A stretch of 64,000 nt of DNA, from contig NC_045697.1 of NCBI RefSeq assembly GCF_009834535.1, positions 79,114,001 to 79,178,000 on the forward strand, in the 5' to 3' direction. Position numbers and translations under genes: made by a program. The DNA comes from Camelus ferus. Taxonomy: Eukaryota. The notes below the pieces were generated by a model. It was not told where the DNA came from. It made no database searches and was given only the letters and a program-made list of their open reading frames with translations. Shown here in pieces: positions 1 through 13,720 of the stretch (position 1 is the first letter of the stretch; each line of letters starts with the position of its first letter).

Positions 1-129
1 TATATGAGATAATGCAAACAAACCTTTTATGGTAAATAGCATTTCACAACATGTATAAGTCAAATCAAAAAAGAAAGAGTTAAGAGGGAAAAACATAATT
101 TTTGCTTTTTTTGCTGCTTACAGGCCAGT

Positions 130-2470
130 GAAGAAATAAACATGAATCAGATAATCACACAAGCAAGACACAAAATTCATCTGAGATAAGGATAGCTATG
201 TGGTGTGATAAGTGCATTTAATAAGAAGAGTTTTCTAGCAGAAAAGTCAGGACAGCCTTCCTCAAGATCTGAAGAATGAATAGGAATTAGTAAATAAAGA
301 GAAGAGGGTGGAAAGTACCAGGCAGAGGGAATAACTTCTCAAAAGCTCTGGGTCAAGGAAAGCAGGTGAGTTTGAGAGACTCAAATTAGGACAGGGAGGC
401 TAAAGTAGAGAAAGGGAAGGAGGGGTCAGAGTGTAAGATGAGAACAAGTGAGATAGGTAGGTAGAATCATACAGGAAGAAGTAAGTGGATTAGGGAGATA
501 CTTAGAATTTAAGTGTTAAAAGCAGTAGAACCCACTGATAAATTGGATATAGGAAATTAGGAAAAAGAAGGTTTTGCAGATCATTCCTGGGTTTCTGGAT
601 TGTAGAAATTAAAGATGGATTTTATTCCTGAGAATCTGTTCATTGAATGAAGACCAGTTTTGAGGAGGAAGATCATAGGTTTGACCTTGGATCTGATGAA
701 CATTAAAGTATATTCAAGATATCCAAGTGTAACTGTTGAGAAGGCAGTTGAATATACGGGTGCAGAAGAAGGGTTTGAGCTGAATATAGTATTTAAATAA
801 CTGATTTATTGTTGGTAACTGAAACTGTAAGATTTGGATGAGCTTATGTGGGAAGAAAATATGGAAGAAAAAAAGAGATGAGGGCTTAAGGCCAGAGACT
901 GAGGATCAATATTTAATAGCTAATTGAGGATGATGAACCGACAGAGCAGGCTGAGAAAGATACAGCCAGAGGGATGAAAACAGAACAGGAGGATGTGATA
1001 TCATATAATTCAAAAGAAAAGTAAAAATGGTTATCATTAATGCTGCTTAGGGGTTGAATAAAATAAGAACTGAAAACTCTCTAACTTATTGATGTGGCAG
1101 TTTATTGGTAACCTTTTCAAGGCCTGTTTTGGTGGTATGATGGGGACAGAAGCCAGACTGGAGTAGGTTGAGGTCTGAACAGAAGATTGTTGGGAGCAAT
1201 TCTCCATGGATCTCTTGCACTGAGAACTTCTGTTCATGACTGTTTTTCAAGGATGTTTGTTAAGTGAACAAACTTGAAAGATAGGAATAGTGTTTCCTTG
1301 AGGAATAGATGGCAGATTTGTTTGCTCTCCAATATAATAAAGATGATGTCTCCCTCTGGGACAAAGGTCAGGCAGATTTGCTTACAGCCCGTTATAAAAG
1401 ATAAGCATTCCCTAAGCTCAGAGTTCCTCAGCTGTGACACAAATCCACTACATGCAGCATCTACCTATGCCACTATCACCCTGTGGGACTTAGGAGGAAA
1501 CCAGCATCAACATGAAACTTGGGCTGCTTCCTGTGGCATGAGTAATAAAGTCCTTTATCTCAGACCCAGGAGGCTTATGTCTTTTGTCAATATCCATGAA
1601 ACCATGATAGGCTAACTTGTTAACATGCAAGTAGGATAAAATATCAGTCCCTTCACAGTTCCTGATAAAGATGAAGAACTGGATACAAGCAAAGTGAATT
1701 ATCTCAAAGAGTTTGATTATGAAGAAGAAAAGGCAAGGCAAAGCTAGAGGACAATGTGGCTTAGATGAATTAAGGGGGAAAGATGTATAAATGTATAAAT
1801 ACTGATGAAAAGGAGCCAATTGAGTGGGGAAGACTGAATAAATATGAGACAGAGGGATAATGGAGAAGGGATACTATAAGGTAGGAAAGGATGTAAGCAT
1901 AAGCATGGGTAAGAGGAAGTGGACAAAGATGGAGGAGTACTTCCTTATTTCTTTATTTGTAACAAAAGAGAATACAAGGAAGATGGACATAAACTTTGGC
2001 AGTTGATACTTTTAGTATCACGAAGTTAAGGACACTCTGCTGACTGCTTCTTTTTCCTGAGAAATAGAAGGTCCGGTAATTTGCTGAAGGAGAGGGATAA
2101 AGACAGGAGTAGGAGGTAGCTCAAGATTTTTAAAAGAAGAGATTTGAAGTAGTCTTTGTAGAGAGCAGAGAAAAAAAAAAAAAAGAGGTGAGCAGAGAAA
2201 TGAAGAAGGAATGTATTTGAGGATCTGTTTAGTGTTGTCGTTAACTATTGGTACCCTATCGTGTGACTTTCCAGAGCACCACACTCAGGTGCAGACACAG
2301 AAAATAATTGTTACTCCGAGATTAGGGTTTTGCCCTATGAGACAAAATTGTTTAAAATTTTATTAAAATTTGGGTCATAGAGCTCAAGCTGAATGAGGAG
2401 ACTGAAGAAGGAAGAGGGTAAGTGGATTGAGAGAAGTTAGAGACTGGACTACAATCCTAGTGAAGTCGAA
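130..2470 (-). mobile_element. LINE-2 (L2) fragment, interrupted by an LTR at 1188-1667
   Basis: Purine-rich L2 antisense-type motifs, e.g. gatatccaagtg...aggcagttgaatata and ggtaaccttttcaaggcctgttttggtggtatgatggggacagaagccagactggag. Confidence 0.75.
1188..1667 (+). mobile_element. Solo ERVL-class LTR (LTR47-like)
   Basis: Starts TG (tgttgggagcaattctccatgg), contains AATAAA, ends cagttcctgata. Perfect 5-bp TSD AAGAT at 1183-1187 and 1668-1672. Confidence 0.8.
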
Positions 2471-2487
2471 AAACAGTCAATGGAGTA

Positions 2488-2918
2488 CAGGTATTCCCTG
2501 CTTTTTAAAAATTTGCCTTCCACCACTTCACTTTTATGAAAGACCTTCATTAGTTTGTTCCTGCTTTCAATAATCAAAAGAAGTCCAAAGAGGATTTTGC
2601 TTGTAAGAAAAAAAGGTGTAAAGGGAAAAGAGTGCTCAACATTTGTTTTGCAGCGAGCTGTTACAGAAACAGCATACATCCCAAGTAGCTATAGAGGGAC
2701 CCCACCAAACTCCTTTCTGGGGAACTACACTCAGCATCTCAGCATCAGGCCACCATAGCTTTGAATTGTGTCTGTGAGCATCTGTGCTTTTTCTCAGTTT
2801 GTTTTATGTATCCATTAGCAAGATGTGTCCTAAGAGAATTGCTTCTTCGCTTTACTCCATCTTGGCTTACGAAAGGTTTCATAGGAACACGCTACTTTTG
2901 GATAGCAGGTGAAACGTA
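2488..2918. mobile_element. TcMar-Tigger non-autonomous element (MER82-like)
   Basis: Imperfect terminal inverted repeats (caggtattccctgct... / ...agcaggtgaaacgta) flanked by TA on both sides. Confidence 0.7.
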
Positions 2919-3409
2919 TAGTTGAATAAACAAGTTCAAAGGAGAAGAGGTTGCAGAAAGAAGATTTAGGAATTATTCATTCATTCATTTCTTCATTTAA
3001 TGAACCTAAATTCACAGATTACTATGTGCTACCTAAAAATTGTCTCCCTTTTGCTCATTATACATCTTGAAATGTATACTGAAATAAATTTACCTTCCCA
3101 GTTAGGATTTCCATGGGCTTGGGATATTGAGTCTGGCTCTGCTTGATAGCTAGGTAAGGTTAACCTAAAGTGACAAAAAGAAATCAGCATCTTAGCTTTT
3201 ACTCTGTATCCTTTTGTGTTATCTGAATATTTATAATAACCATGTATCCATGTATTCTTATGTAGTTTTTTAAAACTTTTAGAAAGTTATATCTAAAAAT
3301 TTCCACTTGCATAACCCTCATTATTTTTTTACTATTATTAATACATTTATCATGTTCATTATTGCTAGTACAATAAAACAGTAAAACCAAATTAGTGAGG
3401 AACTTGTGC

Positions 3410-3560
3410 ACTATAGTTAAGAATGCAGGCTTTTAAATTAACTAATCATACTTATTATAATAAATGAAGATTAAATGGCATAATGAATATAAAGTGCTTA
3501 ACACAGTATCTAGCATATAGTAAACATTCAAGTTAATGGTAGCTCTTAATATTTTTTTAT
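3410..3560 (+). mobile_element. MIR SINE fragment
   Basis: gaagattaaatggcataatgaatataaagtgcttaacacagtatctagcatatagtaaacattca. Confidence 0.7.
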
Positions 3561-3571
3561 CATCATCATCA

Positions 3572-4100
3572 TGTATAGTCAGAACTCTTGGTTCCAAGTG
3601 ACAAAACTTCAACTTTTAATAGATTTTACAAAACAAGAATTTAGTGGCTCATGTTATTTAAAGAAAAAAAAAGGCAGATGCACTAGCTGGATTCAAGTAT
3701 TCACACAACATCAACTATGTCATTTCTTGGCTTTACTTTATATTGGCTTCATTCATAGCAAGCTTTCCCCTTATTGTAATAAGATGCCCTACATCTTACC
3801 AGCTAACCAATAGCAGTGGGGGAAAAAATGTCTCTTTTTCAATAGTTACAGCAAAAGTTTTAGGTAGAGCTTTCACTGGCTTGTCTTGGATTGTAATGCT
3901 CATTCCTTAACTAATCACATGCCCAAGGAAATGAAATGTTCTGATTGGCCAGGCCTGGAACTAGGGAATAGGGACATATTCAGCCAAAAGACATGGACCA
4001 AGAGTGGGTAGGGGAAGGTTTCCCCAAAGTTAAATCAAGAAATACCAGCAGAAGAAAGTAGAATAAAAAGCACACAGGCAAAAATAGCAGATTTCCAATA
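3572..4100 (-). mobile_element. MaLR LTR (old MLT1 type)
   Basis: tgtatagtcagaactcttggttccaagtgacaaaac...ttctgattggccaggcctgg. Confidence 0.65.
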
Positions 4101-4439
4101 CTGTATACGGGAAAGCAATTGAAAGTCAATCTTAAATTGTCACCCAGTCAGTAAAAGCCTGTTTATAGACTGTAGCTTGCACTCTTCTTAAAGTGAATAA
4201 GCAGGTTCTGCCACACTAATGTGCATGGATTGTTCTGTAAGGTAAGGATGTGCCATAGAAAACATCCCCCTCTCTACTTCTATATAATTAAATTGTCATA
4301 ACACTTAAGAAAAACACAACTGAATTTAATTATCATGAGAAAGATGATCACTAAGGTATTTATTCTCTCAGACAGCATATTACAACAGAAAGAGATTAGA
4401 AATAAAAATCACAAAACATAAATTCGACCGAAAGTATAG

Positions 4440-4640
4440 TAATAGTAGTTACCGTATATTGAGTGATTATTGTGTGTATTCTAAAAGCTTTTCATGTTTC
4501 CTTATTTTATTATCACAACTCTATGAGGTAGATAAATGCCCCTTTTACACATAAGAAAACTGAGGGTCAGTGGTTAAGTAATTTGCCCTGTCTACACGAC
4601 AGAGAAAGATTTGAATCTATCCTCTTTGCTTTCAAAACTT
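4440..4640 (-). mobile_element. MIR SINE
   Basis: cacaactctatgaggtag...ttttacacataagaaaactgagg...ttaagtaatttgccc. Confidence 0.75.
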
Positions 4641-6649
4641 GTGTTTTTTGTTAAGCTGTGTGACTTAACCTCTTATTTTTTTGTTTCTAAAGTGAGAGAC
4701 TTTGATTTAATTATCTTTACGGATCCTTCTCTCCTAAAAATCCTACAATTTATTTAAGGATTCACCTTTAATTTCTCGTCACTAATTCTGTGTTCTTTTA
4801 AGAAGGATTTTCAATCAATTCTAACACCCCTATGTCATTAATTATGGACAAAAATAATAATATTACTATTTTGGTGAGAATCCTTTTTAATGTGCATGTC
4901 ATAGTTAGTACTATTATATGACCATGAAGGAAACTGTGCATTTGATAAATGTTCTTCCATTGGGACCTCACATACAAAGAATAAAATTTGGCAAAGACAT
5001 AAAGTGATTAATGGTAGAACAGGGGTTGGGGGAATGCCATTTGCATTTCTGCACTGGTATATTGTTTTATGGGTGAAGTGTTTCTGTATGTGTCTGTGTT
5101 TGGTTGATTTTTAACCGTATTGCAGCTGTGCTAAGCATTTCTCTTAATTCTCTTAAGTCTTTTTTCACAATTGAATCTGAATTCTAGTCTTCAATACCTC
5201 GAAAGGGCTATGAAAAATGTACTAAACTGCTGCAAATAGCTTTACCTTGTTTAAATTTTTATACAAGATGAAAATAAAATTTTGAGCAATTTTATGCTGA
5301 ATAAACTCACCTTCAAGTATGCTATAAACAGTGAAGAAAGATATAAAACAAAAAACAAAAAAAAAGATAGTGATATTCATTTCACTGTCTTAAATGTACT
5401 CATTCTATAAAAAAGGAAAATGTGTTTACATAGCTTTTCTTTTTTCAGAGATCAAATATGTAAGGGAGCTAAAGAATTTAGCTAAAGAATTTAGCTAAAG
5501 GAGCTAAAGACTGTGGTATTGAGGGGATACCCTGGATACAGAAAATACTGTAGTAAGATTGACTATAATGTCAGTGATCCAAGAATGCTGCCTTTTTTCT
5601 CTTCCATGTTTTTAAGTGTCTTTCCTTTAGGATTATTTGAACCCCCATCCAATTAACTGCTGGATATCTTTGTTTCGACAGAACTTCATTTGTGAAGAGA
5701 TGCCACTTGTAGGCATTCTTCTAGTGACTTTGCCTTTTTCCTCTTCTTTAGATTACCCAGATTAAGAAGTGCTTCAGTAAAGTGACAGAGTTTTAGTAAT
5801 TATTTTATCTGGCTCATACATACTTAGGGGTTCATTGTAGTACTTTTTCTAATGTTGTGGGTTTGAAAGTTTTCACATTAAAAAAAAGAGAAGCAGCAGG
5901 CTGCAGCAGCCACAGCACACCCAGACCAGTCCTTATTGGGTTTTCCACTTCTAATCTCTGCCCCACCAGCTGTTCCCAGGATCTGAGATGGTGTGATTCA
6001 CTGCTGCCTCCCCACTTGGCCTCCAGGAGTTAACTAATTGCCTATTTTGACTTCAGTGTTGCAACACCTACTTCTTCCCCTGAAAAACCCACAAGCAGAA
6101 TGTAGAAGAATTTAAAGTAAATCTTCAGAAAAAACTGCTTCAGATTAGGGTACTTACTTTGTACTGAAACCACAAAAACACTGAAAAAGTCTTAAAAAGG
6201 CTTCAGTAACAACAGAAAACCCCAAAGTACAAAATAAGTGCATAGATTAAAAGAAATTGGAGGTAGTAAAAAAGAAAAAAAACTTGAATAAAAAAATGAA
6301 AAAAAGAGGCCAGAAATGATACAATGCTAGACCCTGGAGTAAAAGAGAGAGTTGAGAGACCAGAAGAATTACAAACTAAATTAAGGACTCTTCAGGTTCT
6401 ATTGTAAAGAAAAGAAAGGCTTAATCTCAGGAAAGAACAAGATTTTTTGTTTTTCTTTTTTAATGTGGTATATTCTCACAGAACATATTATAAAGTATGG
6501 GAAGCTGAGAAAAATAAAACTGACCTAATTTTAGCACGAGTGAAGGAAAAAATAATTTAGAAGTTAAAATACAAAAAATAAGGAAGGGTTAACAAATAAA
6601 TTATAATTCAAGAGGATATTATCAGTATCAAAAAGAGTTCATATAAATT

Positions 6650-6760
6650 CCATTTTGTGGGTTAGAAAAACTGAAGCTCAGGAAAGTGAAGTAATTTGGT
6701 CAAGGTCACACTCAGTGCAAATGTTTGAGCCTGGATTTTATCTCCCTAGGTATCTCTACA
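6650..6760 (-). mobile_element. MIR SINE fragment
   Basis: gaaaaactgaagctcaggaaagtgaagtaatttggtcaaggtcaca. Confidence 0.7.
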
Positions 6761-7636
6761 GCATTTTGTTTTTCTCACTTTTTTTTTTTTTTTTTGGTAA
6801 AAATGAAAATCGAAAAGTAAGTTATTAAATTATATGTACTTATAACTCAAAAATATTTCCTCCTTAGACTTAAAATGTAGACTTAAGAATGATGACCCAT
6901 TGAGTCTCATTTTTTCTACTATTTCATCAATGACACTGTGCTCTACATAAATTACTATTATACAGGAAAAGACCAGCTTAAAGTCATATTGAAAATCATT
7001 TTGTCTATTGCAAATAAAAATTAGATTTCATCACTCTCTTTCTTTAAATATGTATTTTATTTTATTTTATTTTTAAATATGTATTTTAAACTGTATGTGT
7101 AGGATAGAGAAATTTTTAATGATGATATTTTTAGTTATTTACTTATTGATTTCTGAAATGATTAAGCTCTGGCTTTTACTAAAGGAATCTAGGTTTGATT
7201 CATATGTTTGAAGAGTGCCTCAAGTTAAGCTAATTAACTTTTTTTGGCATAGACAACATACTTAATGGCATTTAATACTTACTTGTTAATATGTGAAACC
7301 CTATACCTAAAGCTTTTTTTAAAACATGAGTAATTTTCCAACTTGCACCTACTATGAGCAAGTAGATATTCAATAACTAATTACTGATTTGAATCATCAC
7401 TCCTAGGATAAATTAGATTTAATAAATTATAATTACCACTATGTCACCTACATGACATAGTTTTGCTTTTGTGACTATATTACAGTCTAGTGAGAAGAGA
7501 GAAACTATATCAATTATTTTAACAAAGATAATCTAATACAAAGAATTGTTAAGTGAGCACTGAAGAATAGAAAAGACAAAAAGAAAACATTAAGGTCATG
7601 ATATCCAAAGATGGTAAAAAAAAAAAAAAAAAAAAC

Positions 7637-7800
7637 AGCATCATAAGCATCTCCTGGAAAGTTGTTAGAAGAATAAATTCTCAGACTCCAAGCCTCACTT
7701 GTGGCTGACTGAATCAGAAACCTTGCTGGTGGGCCAGCAATCTGTGCGTAAAAGCCTTCCAGGGGATTCTACCTTATGCTAAAGCTTAAAAACCACTGCA
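7637..7800. mobile_element. hAT-Charlie MER5A-like
   Basis: gaatcagaaacc...ggtgggccagcaatctgtg...ccttccaggggattct...aaaaccactg. Confidence 0.7.
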
Positions 7801-7809
7801 CTAAAGTAG

Positions 7810-8345
7810 GCTAAAGTGCCACTGATAGTAACAACAGGAAGAAGCTACCACTCCTAAGCCTGGGGAAGCAAAGAAAAGAGGTGGAATTACTAAAACTGAG
7901 AAGACTGGGGTAAGGCCCCATCCATGGAGCTCAGACTTCCAAGAACTGATCACTGCTCACCTAGTGCTGGTTTCTGACTCAAAGAAGGGACATCATAGAC
8001 CTGGGAAGCAGGTATCTGGGGAAGAGGAACTCACGAGTTTGATCTGGTATCTCAAGAAGGCACATTGAGAGTGATTTTGCAAGTGTTGAGAAGCCACCAG
8101 ATGGAAATCAGTGGCTGCTACTGGAAGGTCCTACCACTGCCAGAGTAAACTATTGCTAGAGTGAGACTGACAGGACCAAGAAACCCATGAGAGGCCAACA
8201 AGAAAGAGCAAATCCCTTCTTCCTTCTCCAGCTGTGCAGTGTCTCTCTAGTTCCTCTATTGGCAGAGCCTAACAGGGAGCCAGATATGTCTGCAGGATTC
8301 CAAAGGGTGGGTTTGAAGCTGAGAGACTGTAGCTTAATAACTAAC
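7810..8345. mobile_element. Ancient LTR fragment (family uncertain)
   Basis: ggaagaagctaccactcctaagcctgggg...cctctattggcagagcctaacagggagccag. Confidence 0.45.
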
Positions 8346-9086
8346 ATGAAAGCCTTAATTGTTGTAAGACTAAGAGGTAATAGAAATAGTATATAATTTT
8401 TGGTATGTTTAATTGGGTACACATCAGCATTTTCTGGGGAACTGACCTCTACATGGACTTTTGGGTTTATTGTACAAAATACTTCCTACCTGGAAACTAT
8501 AGGTTTCTTCTGATGAGATTAATAAGAGGCATTTAGGACTTTTGTAGAATTTGGACAGGAAACTATGCAAGATCCTACACTGAAGTGTTCTTAGCTCTCC
8601 AGCTAAGACTGAAAGATCACAGCAGTAACAGCTGAGGATTGCTTACAGTAGCAGCAAGCCCTGCTCCAGTCAGCTGAGGCTAGGTTCCATGAAGTCTCAG
8701 TGTCAAAAGAGTGGTCTAAAAAGAAGCTTACTTACCAGGATAGAGCCATCCAGGGCCCTGCCTCAAAATAGAGGAAAAAGGTGGTTCTGAAATCATGGTC
8801 ACTGACAAGAGCAATATGAACATGAGTCTTCATTTAAGAAGTTGTCTTTGTGCAATTCTAGGAAACTAGAAAGTGAATCTTGTAAATCATCTTGTTGAGG
8901 GTCCAGTCAATGTTGATTCCGTAGAAATCAGTAAGTCAGTGCTCTCCATTTTCTTGGGCACAGACACAGTTGTCCTATATGACAATCAAAAGGACAATTC
9001 CCAAGTATTATTGAATGATTATCAGAAGTATGACCAGTATATACTTGGGAAGATTAGAAAAGATCTATGACAGTTGTTATTCTTAA

Positions 9087-9395
<309 letters not shown>

Positions 9396-11480
9396 AATAG
9401 GGCCAAATGAACTGTTGTTCGACATTTGGTAGCCATATATGTAATTAGTGAAGTTCTATATTTCACTACATGAAGGCTGAAAAGTTTGCCTTGTTTCAAA
9501 TTGTGTGCTGTTTTGTAACTAAATTTGTAAGTTGATGTTGTTTAAAATTAAACTCAACTCTTGATTATTATAGGGTTGAATATATATTTTGTAACTTACT
9601 CAAAATTATCTGCTGTGATCTGTGCCCACTTTCAGACACCCCTATTCCCATGACAGATCTTAAATAACACCAAAAGTGAGCAGGGAAAATAGAATGTGAA
9701 ATTCAAAATGGGCAATACAGGTCTTGTAAAGAGCTCCAATAAAACATTTAGAAGAAAAAGGATGAAACAAGGAGCTAAAAATAAGTTTTAATTGGAGAAT
9801 TGCTCCCCACCAACCCCCACCAAAGAAAACCCGTATTATTTGGAAGTAATTTGGATTTCTGTTGTCCCTGCTCAGCCCAGACCAATGTAAATGATAATTA
9901 CTATACACTACCTTAACATTTTGATGAAAATCAGTAAAGCTAGCATATTTTCTAAAGATTGAAAAGAAATATATTTATTATTGTTGGAGAAACGTCCCAA
10001 GTTAAATGTAACCTTTTTATAATGTAATACTTGGGCTTGGAATCACTTCAGTATATCATTTGAAGTTTTAGACAATTTTGGTGCTAATTACTTTTTGTGA
10101 ATTTTTAAAGTCTCATAAGCCAGGTCCATAGTTGGCTACACCCCATGGTAATGCTATATATTATTGTATCTAACCAGTTGTGTATTTTCCTAAAGAGACA
10201 TTTCATTGTATTTTTTTCAGAAATTTACATTTTATAGTTCTTTTATAGCAATTATTGTAAGATTTTAAAAATCTACTTCCTATGTTGGCATGGATTTCCC
10301 CCCCCCCCAAAGTTGGTTTGTATTATGGCTGAAATTCTTTACTATTCTTTTTTTAAAAATCAGCTCATTTTCTTTGATATCTGTATTAGGAAGTAGAGTA
10401 TTACAGTATAAAACCAAATGCTTAAGTTTGGAACTCAACAGCCAATTGTATAATATTCCTTTAAGGCTAAAGCCAAATGAGTAATTGGCCCCAGGCATGT
10501 TATTAATGTCTTAATTCAGCACTTTGGGGTTTTATATTGAAATAAATATTTCTTTAAATACACTTAGAAAGATGGAAATGGCTTGTGACAGTTTGAATTT
10601 TGTTAGAGAACCTAAAATCTTTACACTTTCATCTCAAAGAGTTTCTATGTAGACAAAAGAGAGGTAGTTAAGATAATTAGAAATTCAAGTTAAATAAGAG
10701 GACTTGGGACAATAGGGCATTTTTAATCTTTGGCAGGGCAATAACCAAAGTGTGTAAAGTGTTTACTCTTCTACTTTATAAAGTTTTTACCCAATCCTGT
10801 TTTTAAAATTTATTGTACAAGTTCTCACTGTCTTCCATTCTGAAGCAGAAAATTGATGAAAATGTTCAATTTAGATTTCTAAAATTAGAAAATCCCAAAT
10901 AAAAATACCAGAGAGCACTAAAAAGTTTGTGCATTTGTATAAATACATATCTTTTACAGTCTGACTTAGAAAGAAAGACTTGTACTATATCATTGTGTTT
11001 TTATTGGGTTTGCAATATTTTTATAGTAACCTTTATGAACTCGGTATAAGTGCAAATTATTTGAAAAGGTCTCTTCATTTGTGTGCAGTAGAATTGCAAG
11101 ATTTTTAATAGAAGTCATGAGATTTTGTATATCTACATTAAATATTCAAAAGTGCATTTTTTCTAATACTACCAGGAATTTTAATTTCCTCTTGGAATGT
11201 AAAAAAGATAGTGTGTATAACAGCTCTGGTTCCACCAGTGTCTAATATTGAAAATATTTTAAAATTAACTTTTAATGGTAATTATTTAATATACTGTCAA
11301 TTACTATGTATCTGCACACTGCTGTTAATAGGGTATATATTAAATTCTATAAAGAAATGAGACATTTTGCTGCTCTTCTTTCTGCACATATTATTAGTTA
11401 TAGTAGTATGCCATCAAATTATTTGCTTTTATAGGGAAAAAACAAACTTTCTTATTTGATGGAAATAAAATATTTTCTTT
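9396..11480 (+). other. FAM241A: FAM241A 3' UTR (end approximate)
   Basis: AT-rich stretch with no recognisable repeats after the stop codon. AATAAA at 9738, 10541 and 11464. Confidence 0.65.
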
Positions 11481-11881
11481 GATGAAATATATTAGAATGC
11501 AGATTATACTGACAGCCTCAAATGAAGAGAAATTGGTCATTTCTTTGCTTCAAGGTATAAGGAATTAGATCGAACATAATTCTCAATTTTTTCAATCTCA
11601 GATACAAGCCAATTTTAGAAACTATTATTGCTATGAATAAGAGCTAGAAGTCACAATGCTGTATTATTAGATTATTGGTGTATATATCGCTCATACTGCC
11701 AGCCCTTAATTCAAAGGGAAAAGGTCAAGACCTACAAATAAGCTGACTATAGATGAATAAATCCATTTTCATTAAAGTAAAAACTCAGTATTTTGTAGAA
11801 TTTAGTTCTCTCATATCTTAAGCTATCATGTATAAGGTAGTTTCCCATTCCTGGCCACCAGTCAGGTCATTCTTGGTCTCG

Positions 11882-12084
11882 TAGTGTGCTGCTGTCAGCT
11901 TGCATTGGCTTGCAGGAACCAACTGTATACATTTTTTTCCCTACTCTGCCTTCAGTGACATCAAGTTGGTAGCTTGAAATTGTGTATGGGGGCAATATTT
12001 ACACTAGAAAATTGGCAAACACGACAAACTAGGACTCTTTTTCCCTGGCAAGCCAATTGTTAAACATATATCAGCACACCACTG
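11882..12084. mobile_element. hAT-Blackjack MER63-like
   Basis: Termini agtgtgctg... and ...cagcacaccactg; internal aagttggtagcttgaaattg and agccaattgttaaa. Confidence 0.7.
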
Positions 12085-12689
12085 ATTAGCCTGGGAGGCC
12101 GCATTTCCCTTCTACTCCTACAAATATAAAAGAAGCATATAAAGGCAAGTCCCCATCAACCCATCCAAAACTATTTGTATTTTTTCCTTGTGAGAAATAT
12201 GAACCATGACTGTCTTCTGACCAACATATATCTCTATTTAATCACATGTTTTGATCAGAGAAAATCTCTCTGGGATGTCACTGAGCTGCAAATCCACTAT
12301 AGACTATCCAGATGATCAGGAAATAAGAAACAGTTACAGAGCTGATGGAGGGCAAGTTACAGCAGAAGTAAAGGTCTGTTGTCAAGTAGAAAGCACAAAA
12401 TAATCAAAGCTATGTATTGAGCAATCAAGGGCTGTTTGTTTGGTTTTGTAGATTATATTTTAACAGTTATTTTACAAATGTTTATTGACTTCAATTTATT
12501 TTAAATGTTTTCATTCCCAATTAAGAGCTTTACAAAGGTGAAAGAAGAGAAAAAAATCAAGATTTTTATACCTGTTAGTACTTCTAGCACTACACTTGGC
12601 CAAGGAGAATATAAACTAATGCACAAATTATGGCTTCAGGATTATTGCTAGACTGAGGGTATTTTTAAGTCCTCTTTCTCTGCACTACC

Positions 12690-13720
12690 CTTAATCTTTG
12701 GTGTCTCAGCCTGTTCTCTCATCACTCTACACATTGCCTTGGGCAATACACCACTCCCATGGCTTTAGTTACCCTTTCATACTAACAGCTCTCCAGTCTG
12801 CATCTCCAGTTCAGAGAGTTCTATACAGAATACAAGATCCATACATTCACTTGCTTTCCCAACATTTGTACTTGCTTATCCCTTAGTACCCCAAATTCAA
12901 TACATCCAAAAAGGGAACTCAGCAGCCTTCTCCCAAATCTTTTCTTCTTCCTGTGTTTCCATTCTCAGCAAATGACACAATCCTCTCCTACACTGCCCAC
13001 ATATATCCAATCACCAAGCCCTGTCTCTTTTACTTCCTAAAAATATCTTTAATCTTTCCACTTCTCTCCATTCCTGGTATCACTGACTTATTCCATACCA
13101 TCATACATTGATTGCTATCAGAATCTTCCTTGGTCTCCTTGCCTTTGTTTTCCCACTTTATAGTCAGAATAATCTTTCTAAAATGTATGTCTGATTTCCT
13201 GGGCCTAAATCTTTTCAATGGCTTCGTGTTGCAATTATGATAAAATCCTTACTGCTTCATATGTTTTACAAGACCCTTCATGAACTGGTTCTTGTGTACC
13301 TCATCTCCCTGTACCACCACCCTCCCTTTCCACTATATTGCTTTTGTTTTTCAGTTGAGGGAGACACACTTTCTCACTTCCAGAATTCTGTGCATGCTCT
13401 ACCTTCTTTCTTGAACCCTTCACCACCAAACTGACCAACATCTCCACAGCTTTAAGGCCTCAATTTAGACGTCATGGCCTCCGGGAAAATTTCTGCGACT
13501 CTTTCAAATCCAGTTTCAGTACTTCTTGTGCTTTCAGAGGACTCTGTATTTCTCCTGTCAACATTTGTCATGCTATATTGTAAACGCTTATGGTCACTTC
13601 TTCCATTAAACAACAGGCATCACGGCAGAAAACATGTCTATGGTGTTCATAACTGCATTGCCTAACACGATGCGTGGCATACAGTATGTGCTTAAAACTC
13701 TGTCAAATGAATAAATAAAT
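12690..13720 (+). mobile_element. LINE-2 3' portion
   Basis: Pyrimidine-rich L2 motifs (cccaaattcaatacatccaaaa, atccaatcaccaagccctgtc), ending tgtcaaatgaataaataaat. Confidence 0.8.

Noticed and set aside
1274..1615. 113-aa ORF (+)
   Set aside because: Entirely inside the LTR at 1188-1667.
5467..5510. Short tandem repeat agctaaagaattt (about 3 copies)
   Set aside because: Local slippage duplication; no spacers, not CRISPR-like.
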